This document shows positions 24,560 to 37,568 of a DNA stretch of 64,000 nt, piece by piece; positions within the stretch are counted from its first letter, which is position 1; each line of letters opens with the position of its first letter. The stretch is from Eledone cirrhosa (taxonomy: Eukaryota), in the NCBI GenBank assembly GCA_964016885.1, contig OZ024746.1, forward strand, positions 23,746,001 through 23,810,000. Reading direction: 5' to 3'. A program made the translations under genes and the position numbers. The notes under the pieces were generated by a model. That model was given only the letters and a program-made list of their open reading frames with translations. It did no database searches and had not been told where the DNA came from.

Positions 24560-24825
24560 ATTTCAATCTCTCACCCACAGATGTGCTCTCCCCTCACTCT
24601 GTATTTTCTACTTCTACTACAATGGCTTCTATTTATCTCACCTTGCTAGTCTTATACTATCTCCACTTGATTATTCATGGCTCATCCACCTCTCCTCCTC
24701 CTGTATTACAACCATCTCCCATTATTCCAAGCCCTACACTAATGAAAATACTCAATCCTTTTGCACCAGAACATCTCTCTGGAATTCCTTTCCTGGCAAT
24801 GTTTTTCCTCCAATCAAGAATTTGA
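24560..24825 (+). mobile_element. CR1/L2/Jockey-group LINE ORF2 C-terminal fragment
   Basis: SLTHR..SLCIFYFYYNG..L..LI..SF.TRTSLWNSFPGNVFP matches the post-RT motif pattern of these LINEs. Confidence 0.7.
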
Positions 24826-26509
24826 AGGGGTTTAGTAATATAACTAACTTTCTCATTATTTATCTGGTATTTGGAACATAACTTAACAAAGGTTCTTACA
24901 TAAAATTATAATGGAAAAAAGTATTGTGCTATAGAACAGTTTCAGATGATTTGGCATCAAAAGCATTAGATACATTCCTTTAAAATTGAGATTCTCATAT
25001 ATGATGTTTTCTTGGTTAAATATCAATAATATCTATTACAAATATTACCTATTGATCTGGTAGTTGTGATTGATTAAACAATAAAGAGAATTGATGTGGA
25101 GAAAATTATTTCACAGTAAAATATTTTACAATGTAATTACATTTGTAAACCATAGAGTAACAAAATAATTTATTATATTCTATAAAATTTTGTCTGATTG
25201 AACAAAAGAGACTATTTGTCTTAACCATTTCCATAGTTTACATAATACACATCATATTTAACCCATTCATTATCATATTTCTAATGATAAATATTACCTA
25301 TGGCTTGCAATTCATTTTGAAAACGATCAACAATTTGGAGGGAGGAATTTAATAAAATATCTATATTTTCAATAGCAAGCTATTACTGGTACTTTATTTT
25401 ATCAACACAGTCATCTGATCTGGCTTGCTCACAATGGGACAACTTGTCTAACCCATGCTAGCATGGACAAATGGACATTAACGATGATGATGATGATATA
25501 ACATTAACACAGTATGATTCAGAAGACTTGAAAGACTTATAGATATTGTAAACAAACTATTTTTGTTGAAAGCTTACTTATATACAGTGCAAGCATGACT
25601 TGGTCAGTATTAATTAGTAATAGTACTAGCATAACTTGATTCAGAATAAAGGCCTGTATGAACCTATATACAATGTTTGTGTATAAGCGGTGACTATATC
25701 AAAGCTACCCAATCATCTTTGTATGATTGCTGTATACATGTATTTCCAGATTTTTATCCATCATCAGCAATGCTTACTTGCTCCAATATACTGAATTATG
25801 GTATGTTAGTGCCAGCTATAATTAATACTAGCTAGTCAAGCTTGCATTATATCTAAAAAAACTTTTAACAGGAATAGTTAGTTTATTAAATCTATATTGC
25901 AAAGTAAGCACTATTGATGATAGATAAAATTCCTGAAATCCGTTTTTACAGAGCTTTTACTCTGATACTGTGGTAGCTGTGATATGATCAGAGCTGAAAA
26001 TACTCAGAACAAGGCTAAGTATGTTTATTATACCTACATATATATTGTGTCCATATAAACCTTTATATATATATATATATATATATATGTATCGTATTCC
26101 AGGAAATATTTAATAAAATCTGTTTAGACAGTGTCAATGTATTGAAATACATTAATTAGTTTGCTGTAAATTTAATGTGTTTTTCTCAAGATTTTATAAC
26201 TTTAGTTGATACAATTTTTATGATCATTAAATTAAAAAAAACTATTCCACAGCTTAAATGATAAAAAATATATTTATTTATGTTCTCTATTGCACACTTT
26301 AATAATACTGATCAACTGAAGATAAAATAATTATGATATAGCTTTTTGATTTAGAAACCACAACCAAATTGCATCCATTAAAATTGTAATTTAGTAGTAG
26401 ATTCTATAGTAAAGGCAATCATGGAAGCAATGAAAATGATTTTTTAAAATTTTATGGGTTTTATTTGGTAAATCCCCAAAATGTCATAGGTAAAGTGGCA
26501 GTGAATTAC

Positions 26510-26715
26510 AAGAGGTGATAGCACATCACAATAAATGCTGGAGTATTTGTTCCTGTTTTCTGTACTCCAAGTTCAAATCCAAAGATCAACTTTGTGATAG
26601 AGCATTAATATAAATGCTGGAGTATTTGTTCCAGTTCTCTGTACTGTCAGTTCAAATCTTACTAATACCAACTTTGCATTTTATCCTTTCGGGGTTAATA
26701 AACAAAGTGTCAGTC
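26510..26715 (+). repeat. Tandem duplication (~81 bp) of a degenerate SINE head
   Basis: ATAAATGCTGGAGTATTTGTTCC..GTTCAAATC present twice. Confidence 0.7.
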
Positions 26716-27251
26716 CAAGGAGGGACGGTTTGCAGCAATATTAAAGAGTTGACTGGGAAGCTTGGCAGTATTTCTTCTGGCTTTGTGTGTATGTGTGTTC
26801 TTGGTTCAAATTTCATCTCGTATCACCAAAAATGGAGTGATGTTTCTGCCTGGAGTTATGATTAACAAATAATACCAGCAATGAAAAGACAGTTTCCTTG
26901 GTCCAATCTGATGATTAGGTCCTTTTTTGACTTTTGTTGTTGACATGGATATGAATATGGCTTCATATGGCTGAATGAAACTGTTCACTCATAATGTCTC
27001 CATTAAATAAAATCTCAAATTTTTCCACTATGAAATAAATGAACTACAATTAAATGAAGACTTAGTGGAAACAAATACAGGTGTTCCTCTGGCATATGAC
27101 TGTTCCAGCTGTCCAGTTGTAAGTTAATCTGAAGACATATGACCAGAACTGTGTGTGTGTATGGGGAGTTATATGCAATACTTATATGGACTGTACTTAG
27201 TAACTGATACATTTTATTTCATATTTTAATGCATTGCTACTTGTATTTAAG

Positions 27252-27845
27252 GTGGTAGATTGGCTGTATGAGAAGAGCATCAGACAACATGTTTGCCACA
27301 TATAATTACAGCCCTTTGTATTCTGAGTTCAAATCCCACTGAGGTTAACTTTTCAATACTTCTACAAGTGATTTATTATTTTAGTGTCTTAGGGCGGTGA
27401 ATTGGCAGTATCGGTGGAGGGTTGGATTATGCTTTCCAGCATAGTTACGTCCCTTTACGATCTGAGTTCAATTCCCGCCGAGGTTAACTTTGCCTTTCAT
27501 CCTTACGGGGTCGATAAAATAAAGCACCAGTAATGTACTGGAGTGGTTGCTGGCCTTGTGCCAAAAAGTAGAAACAATTATTTTAGTGTCTTAGTATGGG
27601 CAAACCTTTAATATTATTATTTTTGTGGATTGGAAGTATCAGCAGATTGTCGAACAAAATGCCTTGTAGCATATAGTTACAGCCCTTTACATTCTGAGTT
27701 CAAATCCCACTGAGGTTAGCTTTGCCTTTCAGTGTTAAAGGGTCAATAAAATAAAGTACCCACAGCACCCTGTGGTAAATGTAATTGATTTTCCTCTTCC
27801 ACTCAAATTGCTGGCCTTGTGCTAAAAGTAGAAACAATTATTATG
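27252..27845 (+). mobile_element. Cluster of three family-A SINEs; central full-length copy 27393-27580
   Basis: 18-bp TSD ATTATTTTAGTGTCTTAG at 27375-27392 and 27577-27594; A and B boxes intact. Confidence 0.9.
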
Positions 27846-28127
27846 TATTTTTACTAATAATTATTTACCGTGACATGCTTATTGCTTTTTTGTGTATATA
27901 TGTTTGGACTTAGGAATATTTGAATCGGTCTGGCGAAGCATAACAGATGCCATGATAAAAGTATGTGCATGTGCATCCAGACATATAAAGGATTGTAAAT
28001 TGGGAGGAGGGGGTAGTGGAGGTGGTGAATGGAGGGTGTAAATGGGAGGTGTAAATCGGGGGGGCATTGTAAGTGTTGGAGGTAAGGGGTGGTTGTAAGT
28101 TGTATTGGTCATATCCCAACTAGACAC

Positions 28128-28652
28128 AGCATGGGTAAATTACTAAGAAGTTTGTTTAACAATCATTTGGTTCTGGGTCTGGTTCCAGTTCATGGAAACT
28201 TGAACAAATGTCCTTTATTGTTGTATCCTAGGATCAACCCATGCCATGTGAGTGAAATTAGATAGATGGAAACTGCTTAGAAGCCTGTTGCATGGGCTGG
28301 ACATGTAACTGAAAGGGCTGGCATTGTCACATACTGTGTCATGTTGAATCTTCTTCAGAATTATGTTAAAAATACATGTGTCTGTGGAATGCTCAGCCAC
28401 TTGGATATTAATTTTTAAGCAAGCTCTTCTGTTGATTAAGCAACTGGAACACTCATTGTCAAAACCAACAAAGGTCTATTTTTTCTTCTTCCAAATCTCG
28501 AGGATTGCTTGTGCAAGGTTATTGATAAGAATGGACCTCCATCGGTTACATTGGTACCATTTAATGGAACAGCCTGCTCATGAAATTAACATGCAAGTGA
28601 CTGAGCATTCCACAAACACGTGTATCCTTAACATAATTCTCAGGGAGATTTA
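28128..28652. mobile_element. CORE-like SINE head fused to family-E tail (+), followed by an inverted family-E fragment (28563-28652, -)
   Basis: TTGAACAAATGTCCTT..GGAAACTG..AGAAGCC then E body; the reverse copy can pair with ~28335-28430. Confidence 0.7.
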
Positions 28653-28656
28653 GCAC

Positions 28657-28945
28657 ATGATGCAGGAATCTGAGGTGGTGTGCAGGAGAGAAGACTGTGT
28701 TGGTATGGACATGTGATGTGCATGGATGATGATCAATGGGTGAAGAAGTGCTAGGAAATCCCAGTAAATGGAAGCTGCAGTAGAAGTAAACCAAGAAAGA
28801 CCTGGGCAGAGGTAGTGAGAGCTGATCTCAAATTGCTGAGACTCACAGAGGAGATGACGAAGGAATGTCACAAGTGTAGAGATGTTTTGCTGAGAAAGAT
28901 CTCTCCAACACATGCAAGCATGGAAAAATAGACGTAAAAACGACG
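28657..28945 (+). mobile_element. RTE LINE 3' fragment
   Basis: RLCWYGHVMCMDDDQWVKKC..KPRKTWAEVVRADL..LTEEMTK; tail CATGCAAGCATGGAAAAATAGACGTAAAA. Confidence 0.85.
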
Positions 28946-29969
28946 GTTATAGTGGTGATGAGGATGTTTGACAAGGCTGACCCTTTGAAATATAAGTACA
29001 GTCTAGTCTATCTGCTGGACATCTAGACAGTTTCATTCTAACTAATTTGACTCACAATGCTTGGATCAACCCAAGGTTACAGTAAATGACTCTTGTCCAA
29101 GGCACCAAACAAGGGATTGAACCCTGGACCTAATGATTACAAAGCAAAACTCCTTAATCATTCAACTATGCTGTGTCCACACATTGACAAGAATATAGTG
29201 CTAACAAATGCAGACAATCTGTAGAGGTTCCCCTCTACTAGTATATATTCATTTGAAAAAAAACCAAAAAACATTTCATTTATAATGCTGAATGAATTCA
29301 TCTTTCATGGGAAGGGTATTCATGATGTTAAAGTTTCAGTTCTAATTCTACTTTAAAGTACTTTTTTATAGACTCCTCCAGATATTCTTTTTTTTACAGC
29401 TTGAACCAATGAAAACATATTTTCTATCAATATATATCAATACATTTTGGTGCATTTCTCTTCTGAAATATAACCTTTTCTATATAATTCCAACATCACA
29501 TATTATACAATCTCATTTCTTTTATGTTTCCTTAAAATGTTAAAGCATTCAAAAATAATAATAGTAAAAAAAAAATAAAAAAAAGGAATTCCACCACTTT
29601 TCAATGTTTCTACTGCATGATCCTTTCTGTATTGATTATTGCTAAATATCTAGTGATCTATAAGTTATGTTACCATTCCACTCAGTGAATCTTGTGGTAG
29701 TAGACATGCCTTTGTCTGTCTTCTCTTTGATCTCTTCTCTATCTGATTCCTCTTAATCATATCTTTCACCCCTCCTCCTCATATCATCATCATCAATTTA
29801 TTTTTCTTTTTATTAAATCATCATCATCATCATATAGTAAAGGATTTTGGAGTACTGCAGAGAGATAATACAGGATACTAAACATTGAAACATTTTTTTT
29901 ATTCTTATTTCATTTATTTCTCTTCAAATGTAATATTGCATTAAACTTTTCCTTTAGAAAATGTTGCCA

Positions 29970-30460
29970 CAGCATGGCCACATGGTTCAGGAGTTTACAT
30001 CACATTCATAAGGTCCCAGGTTCAATCCCACTGCACGGTGCCTTGTGCAAGTGTTATTTGACCATAGCTGAGGATCAACCCAAGTCTTGTGTGTAAAAGC
30101 AGGAAGCCTGTTGGATGGACTGTACCTGCAATTCAAAGGGTCAACCCTGTCACACACTGTATCACTCTGAATCTCCTTGAGAATTTTTAAGGGCACATGT
30201 CTGTGGATGCTCAGTTACTTGTACATTAATATATGATGAGCTGTACCTGCAATTCAAAGGGTCAACCTTGTCACACACTGTGTTATGCTGAATCTCCTTG
30301 AGAATTATATTATGGATACATATATCTGTGGAATGCTCAGCCACTTCCATACTAGTATATGATGGACTGTACTTGTAAGTTAAAGGGTCAGTCCTGTCAC
30401 ACTGTGTCACTCTGAATCTCCTAGAAAATTGTGTTAAGGGTACATATCTGTGGAATGCCA
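29970..30460 (+). mobile_element. SINE with ~121-126-bp family-E module repeated three times
   Basis: GATG..CTGTAC..G.AA.T.AAAGGGTCA at about 30114, 30235, 30361. Confidence 0.8.
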
Positions 30461-30982
30461 GACAATCGCAGGGTTAAACCCTCAGCTCTTGTTACTCATT
30501 TTCAGTTAAGTATAATGGAGAAATGTGAAATTAAGTGTTTTGCTCAAGAACACAACACACAGCCCAGTCCAGGGATCGAACCCATGATATTATGATTGAA
30601 AATCCAACACCCTTACCACAAGGCCATGCACATCCACACATTCAGTCATAGTGTTGTATTTTTACTTTTCAAGAATGTCTTGCTAATGTGTTGTCATGTG
30701 AAACAGGGCATTAAGTGTTAAGGGTGTACATGTCTGTGAAATATTGAAACATTTACACATTAATTTAATGAGTGTGTCACTCTTGATTGAATAACTGGAA
30801 CAATCATTGTTGAAACAGACAATGAGCCATTTACCTTCTCAGGTTTACAAGAACTCTTTCCTTACCACCACCATCATCATCATCATCATCATTGAATGTC
30901 CACCTTCCCTGCTAGCAAAGGTTGTACGGGTCTACATAGACCAAGTCAGTACTGAAGAGGAGCTACTGACCTCCCAGACAGG

Positions 30983-31166
30983 CCGAGGGATCTGCATCAT
31001 GCTTACATACAGTCGTATATAATTGTTTCTACTTTTTAGGCACAAGGCCAGCAATTGTCCAGTGCATTACTGGTACTTGGTAATTGCTGGCCTTGTGCCT
31101 AAAAAGTAGAAACAATTATATACGACTGTATGTAAGCATGATGCAGATCCCTCGGTCGTATATAAT
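30983..31166. repeat. Perfect 74-bp inverted repeat (fold-back SINE-tail insertion)
   Basis: 30983-31056 is the exact reverse complement of 31082-31155, 25-nt spacer; GTCGTATATAAT direct repeat at 31012-31023 and 31155-31166. Confidence 0.95.
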
Positions 31167-32139
31167 GAAAGTCACCTATAATTTCCATATAATTTTTTAA
31201 ATAATTAAAGCTTTTGAGGGATTTAGTAATGTAACAATAGTTTCTACATAAAATTACGATGGAAGATTTTTAGATAAATATAAACACTTGAAAATAAACA
31301 TCTTTGTACCATAGAACCAGGAGTGGGGGGACAGTTTCAAGTGGCTTGGCATCAGACTTGTTAAATATCTTAACACCAATTGACCTTAATAAAAAATATT
31401 GATGTAAGCATTTTGTAAATTCTAAATGTTGTTTTATCTATCTATTTCTCTACTTATCATTCCTTCCTTTCTTCCTTTTCTGACACACACACACACACCA
31501 CAACCGCATACCACACACACGCACACACACTAATGTTACTTTACTCTTTAAGTTTTTACTTTTTGTTAATACAGCCTTCAGAAAATCTTTTTTTTTTCTG
31601 AAATGAAATTATTTCAGTTATTTCAGAACTGATATAAATAGTATTTAGGTTCACTGTATTTAAAAGCAGTGAAGAATTAGCAGACATACAGTAAAATACA
31701 TATGAAAATCTGTGAGGGATTTAGAAAACATACAATAGATTATATATGAAGAACTGCAAGGCATTATCAGACACAATAAAATATATGAAGAGTTGCAATA
31801 AACTAGCATTGTTTCCTTGGTCTGATTTGACAATTTCCACCCCATTCAGTAAGTGAAGGAGGTCTAGGATCTTGTCAATCGATTAACAGAAAAACAAAAC
31901 AGATATACAGTAGTATATATAATGAACTTTACTTAGAACAGATTATGAACAGTATATATGCTATTATAATGATTAAAGAAATTATATGTCAGTTTAATAT
32001 GTTGGCTTTGTTCTATAAAAATTCTCATGTGACATAGTCTAAATGTGATGGATCATTAATAGAATAAATAATAGATATGTAATTACATCCTCATCTTTGC
32101 ATAACTGGTGCAGTCAGTTATTAGGATGCCACTTTAAAT

Positions 32140-32400
32140 GTTTTGATAGCCAGCAATCACCATCGATCTCCATCCTATATAAAATGGTCACAGTGTTGAG
32201 ACTGTCCAGTCTTTGATGTTGTCAGACCATTTCTGGCTACTAGCTATCACTACAAATCTGTCTTCCATCATACACAGAAAGGTCAAAGTTTTGAGACCTG
32301 CCCTTGATGTTGTCAGACCAGTTCAAGCAGTCAACAATCATCATTGATCTGTGTCTCCTTTCATACACAGAAGAGTCATCAGTGTTCAGAGTCTTGTCTG
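32140..32400 (-). mobile_element. Tandemly duplicated RTE C-terminal fragment (WSDNIK motif)
   Basis: TTGATGTTGTCAGACCA twice, ~91 bp apart; inverted relative to 33810-33960. Confidence 0.65.
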
Positions 32401-33809
32401 ATGCCCATTTTTTTCCATTATGGGGATTCATATGCCCTAATATTAGATTATTTTCTCTTGTCAATTTATGCTGAAATCTTCTAATTCTATTTTCTCAAAC
32501 TGTTCAATCATCACCATATTCTAGACCTGTCCAACCTCTGCAAGCATGGAAAATGGATGTAAAAATGATTAGGATGATAATATAAATAAATATAGACACA
32601 TACATACATGTAAATATACTGCTTCTCTGAATATATATGTAACTGATGAATCAAATATAAAGTAGATTAAAATATATGACGAGAGTCAGAATTGATTATC
32701 TTTAGGCAAGAAATATCAATCACTTTGTTTTTACAACTTTGCTATGATGCTGTACATATTCAATATCAATAACAATTATTTTACCCTGTTATAATGAAAG
32801 ATCCTACCTAAAGTTTTCAAATAATTTTGACGATAAAGAATTTTGAGAGATTTTGTAAAATAACTAAGCCTCATTATTAATCTGAAAGCAGCATTATATT
32901 GTAGTAGAGGTGCATGGCATAGTGGTAAGGGTGTTGGACTTACAATCATAATGTCGTAGGTTTGATTCTTGGACTGGGTTGTGTGTTGTCTTCATTTCAT
33001 GTTACTCCATTATATTCAGTTGAAAATGAGTACCGGCAGTAGCTTGGGGTTTAACCTTGCTATAGACTGGCATCCTATCAGGGGGGGAGTCTTGTACTCT
33101 CAGTTGCTTAACACAACAAAAACCAGGAGAAGCACTGGCCTGATGACCCTCCAGGCTCGAGACAGACTTTAGACTTTTTTTTAACATTGTATTGTAGCAG
33201 TAAGGTGAAGTGAGGCAGGTTACTAATTTTTTTATTTTAAAGCTGGTGTTTGAAACAACTTAAAATTTTCTTATATAAAATTATGATGTAAGATTTAAAT
33301 ATAAATATGAGCAATTTAAAACAAATGACTATATATAATAAAACAAAAGGTGGTTTTAAATGGTTTGATATTAAATATCTTTTGCTTTTAATGAAATAGC
33401 ATTTGATGCACAATAAATTGTTTAAATGACAACTGTGGAATGAAGAAAATATTCCAAAGTAATAATGTACGACATATAGAAAGGAGATAAAAGGATAAGA
33501 GTAATACATGACAATAGAGATAGGGAGCAGCAGTGTATACGAGGGGTAGGATATGTTAGTAAAGTTGTGTGAGAAAGAGGGTATGATACCATAGTATTAT
33601 TGCAAAACTATGGTAACAAAAGAATTTGACTGAACAATGATTTAGCTTCTGTTAACTGTTAGTTTGGGAAGTAGGAAGTGGCCCAAATATGCTGGCAAGC
33701 AAGGACCACTCTATAGTAAAAAAGATAAATATCCTGCCCTGACTTCTTCTTGTCCAACATTATCCTCCAAAACGCAGTTGAAAAAGAGTGAAGAAGTGGC
33801 AGATAAATA

Positions 33810-33960
33810 TATTCTTGGTCTGACAACATCAAGGATTAGATATGTCACAACACCGTGACCCTTCTGTGTATGACAGAAGAAAGTTGTGATTGCTGGAGCT
33901 GGTCTGACAACATCAAGGACTGGACGGGTCTCAACATTGTGATCCATTTATGTGTGATAA
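33810..33960 (+). mobile_element. Tandemly duplicated RTE C-terminal fragment (WSDNIKDWTGL)
   Basis: TGGTCTGACAACATCAAGGA at about 33817 and 33900. Confidence 0.65.
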
Positions 33961-34917
33961 GCCAAAACGAATACAAGTCATTTTGTCCAATATGCTAACA
34001 ACTCTGTCAATAATACATACATGGTATCTGTTTGTCTTTGTTATATTCCTTTCTCCTTTACTGATGTTTTCACAAGGAATATGATAGCTATAGATCAATA
34101 TTGAACTTAATTCTATCCATTTCAAATATAACCTGCACTAAAAATCAAACACTCACTTGTCACAGCATGACCCCATTCAATTTTTAATCAATTATATTTT
34201 TGGAGTTATCTCCCCTGCTTTTATTTTTGTAATGTTAAAACTAATGTTTTTCATTTCAATCAAAATATTAATTGATTATTCTTTTGTTCTTATCATGATT
34301 TCAGTCATTAGACTGTGGCCATGCTGGAACACTACCTTGAAGGGATGTAGCTCATCATTTTCCTTCCTCCTCCCAGTACTTACTTTTCCGTATGGTACTT
34401 ATTTTATTAATCTTTTATTTTTGTCAAACCAATAAACACAGACTCAGACATACTCACACACACACACACACACTGGAAATATGCCATAATACAAAAGATC
34501 TGCTCACCAGTGCAAGCATTGTCCCACTTAAAGTAAACATGGAGAGAGAGACAAGAAGCTACAGTGTCAGGGACTGAACAGAGACAGTATATGGTTTGAG
34601 AGGCATCTTCACTGTGGATGAGTATGTGATAACCTCTCTAGTGCTGGTGCTATGATAAAATGCACCCAATACACCCTGTAAAACGTTAATGTTGGTGCCA
34701 CAATAAAACCCCCCCAATTTACCGTGTGAAGTGGTAGTACCATGAAAAAATTACCCAGTACATCTTGTAAGGTGGTTGGCATTAGGAAGGACATCCAGCC
34801 ATAATAACTATGCCAAATACAGAAAATAAGAGCAAGTTGAGGTCTCTCCAACTCATCTGGTCGTGGTCTATGACAATCCATCCAACCCATGCTAGCATGG
34901 AAAGTAGACATAAAATA

Positions 34918-34954
<37 letters not shown>

Positions 34955-36029
34955 AAAAAAAGGTCACATGGCTAAGTTTTTAGCATATGAATGCAAAAAT
35001 GGTGGGGCGGGGGTGCACAGAACAAAGACAATGGGAAAACTACAGAAAAATAGACTATCCCATCTTCTCAGTTAACCTCTGGAAATTACTACAGTTTTGG
35101 TGCATTAAGTTTGATACTGTTCATTCTAGTGCCCAATTGGTTGTAACAAAAATAGGCAAATACAAAGACAGGAAGAATTTTGCCTTTCTTTCTTTTGAGG
35201 TCGATAAAAAAAGTACCAGTCCAGTACTAGTGTTGATTCTTCTTCTATATCTATTTCTCACTTTCTTTTTCTCACTCTCAATTCTTCTCTAGAAGACATC
35301 TGCTGTATTCAGACCTGGAGAGAAGATGGGCTCTGCCAGACTTAAAATGCCCCCCAAAACATGCTACTATGGCATCCCTATTACACCACTAGGAGTTACA
35401 GTTCCATACCATACTATCTTAGTAAGGAAACTTTAGCAAATCCCTCCAAATTCTTGATTAATTAATTGAATTACAATGTATTTCATTAGAAATATGGTTA
35501 AAAAAATGGGCTAATTTCGAGATTGCTACTCTAGCTGGAGCTTAATTTAATGATTCTAGCATCAATATCAGCTGCTGGGCTTATCAGACTCCTGTGCAGA
35601 ACTAAATACAATGATTTTTGTCAGTCATTATAGACAATACTAAAGTTCTTTTCCATTCACTAATGAGGTCAAAACTATTTCTATTATTTCTATTATTTTA
35701 TCTAGACAAAACAAATCAAAAATGAATTTTGAAAAATTAGCCATATTAATAAGGTAAAGAGATCAGTGTGTTTTGAAAGACCAATATTGTTCCAAAGAAT
35801 TGATAATAATTATTAAAATTATAATTCCTCATTTCATCTTTGTTTTCTTCCTTTGTTTCTTTTATATATTTTTTTCTAATTTCCTAATGGATTAACCAAT
35901 CAAACAAATAACTTAATTTCATTTAATCCAGCTTTCAGCTATTGTGTTTGTGAGATTTAACTACAACAATATAGTCTTTGTGCTTCCTGTAGTTTCTGTT
36001 AGCTTTGACTCTAGTTATAGTCTAAGTCG

Positions 36030-36435
36030 TACTATTCACTTTAACTACATACAGTATAGACAGTGTACTCCTACAAAACTATATTATAATCACTGTACTC
36101 CTTTGTAACTACACCACAGATACAGTACTCCTATATAACTATATTATAATCACTGTGTTCCTATGTAACTATACAAGGGTCGACTGAAAAGTACATAGGC
36201 TGACCAATATTTTTCAACATACTCCCTTGAAAGAATCAATGCAGTTATTAATAAGAAGAGTTGAAAATTAATGCATGCAAGATTTCACAGTACTAGCATC
36301 TCTCTTTCAAAGTCAGCCTATGAAGTTTTCAGCCCACCCTCATATTATAGTCACTGTTCTCTTATGTAACTAGTGTATAGTAATAGTACTTCATCCAGTG
36401 CCACACTATTTAACTGCTGTATAGTCATTAATACT
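36030..36435. repeat. ~30-bp degenerate minisatellite interrupted by a mariner-like MITE
   Basis: Units like ACTATATTATAATCACTGTACTCCTATGTA on both sides of 36174-36342. Confidence 0.75.
36174..36342. mobile_element. Mariner-like MITE (169 bp)
   Basis: TA TSD; ~31-bp imperfect TIR CAAGGGTCGACTGAAAAGTACATAGGCTGAC / GTCAGCCTATGAAGTTTTCAGCCCACCCTCA; second copy ~45893-46080. Confidence 0.85.
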
Positions 36436-36439
36436 GTGA

Positions 36440-36760
36440 AGGCATGCAGCTTAATGCTGAGGCTGATCAGATCACAATCGTTAGGGCATAAGTTTGATTC
36501 CCAGTGGCACATTGTGGCCTTGAACAAGAAACTTTATATTGTGTTGGTCCTGACTATACATTTGCAGAAACAAATTGTATATATAATTCAAAGGGGCAGC
36601 CTTGTCACACACTCTATCATCCCAAATCTCCCTGAGAATTACAATAAAGGTACACATGTCTATGGTATCCTCGGCTACATGCATGTCAATTTCATAAGCA
36701 GGCCGTTCTGTTGATCAAATAACTGGAACACTCATCATCATAATCGATGGAAGTCCAACA
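36440..36760 (+). mobile_element. SINE family E, full length, decayed
   Basis: tRNA-like head, CCTTGAACAAGAAACTT block and E tail. Confidence 0.75.
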
Positions 36761-37156
36761 CACAATCTCTGTACAAACTCAATTTTGTAGTTCCTTCCAT
36801 TTGAACTTAATTTCATTTATAGTCCTGCTAAAAGCTTTATAATAAAGGCCTAAAATTGATTTGATGATTGAAAAGTCAAATGTTTAAGAGTTTTGAATTG
36901 GTAAAATTGTTACCAATTCAAGTAGGAGTTAATATAATTTGTTGAATTTAATCAAAATTTTAGCCCTTTCATTATCATATTTCCAATGAAAGACACTGGC
37001 TATACTTTTCAAATAAATCATTTAAAAATAATCACTAATTTGAAGGTGTTAAAAAATATTACTAAATTTCTCATAATTAACTGTTGTTTGGGACATAACT
37101 TAACAAAGATTCTTACATAAAATTATGATGTCCAGCCTATGCTAGCAGAGAAAGCG

Positions 37157-37568
37157 GACAATAAAATAATTGTTTCTACTTTTGGCACAAGGCCAGCAAT
37201 TATCCCAGTGTATTACTGGTACTTTATTTTATCGACCTTGTAAGGATGAAAGGCAAAGTTAACCTCAGCGGGATTTGAACTCTGTAAAGTCTGTAAAGGG
37301 ACGTAACTGTGCTGCAAAGTATGGCATCCGACCCTCTACCGATACTGCCAATCCACCTGACAATAAAATAATTGTTTCTACTTTAGGCACAAGGCCAGCA
37401 ATTACCCAGTGCATTACTGGTACTTTATTTTATCGACCCTGTAAGGATGAAAGGCAAAGTCAACCTCGGCGGGATTTGAACTCAGATCGTAAAGGGACGT
37501 AACTATGCTGGAAAGCATGGCGTCCGACCCTCTACCGATACTGCCAATCCACAGGACAATAAAATAAT
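37157..37568 (-). mobile_element. Head-to-tail dimer of family-A SINEs inside an RTE-type tail inside MITE C (36960-37625)
   Basis: GACAATAAAATAAT at 37157, 37359 and 37555. Confidence 0.9.

Noticed and set aside
25950-26005. miR-2-like TATCACAGCTA on the minus strand within a hairpin
   Set aside because: Match limited to ~11 nt and lies in the loop, not on a 3' arm
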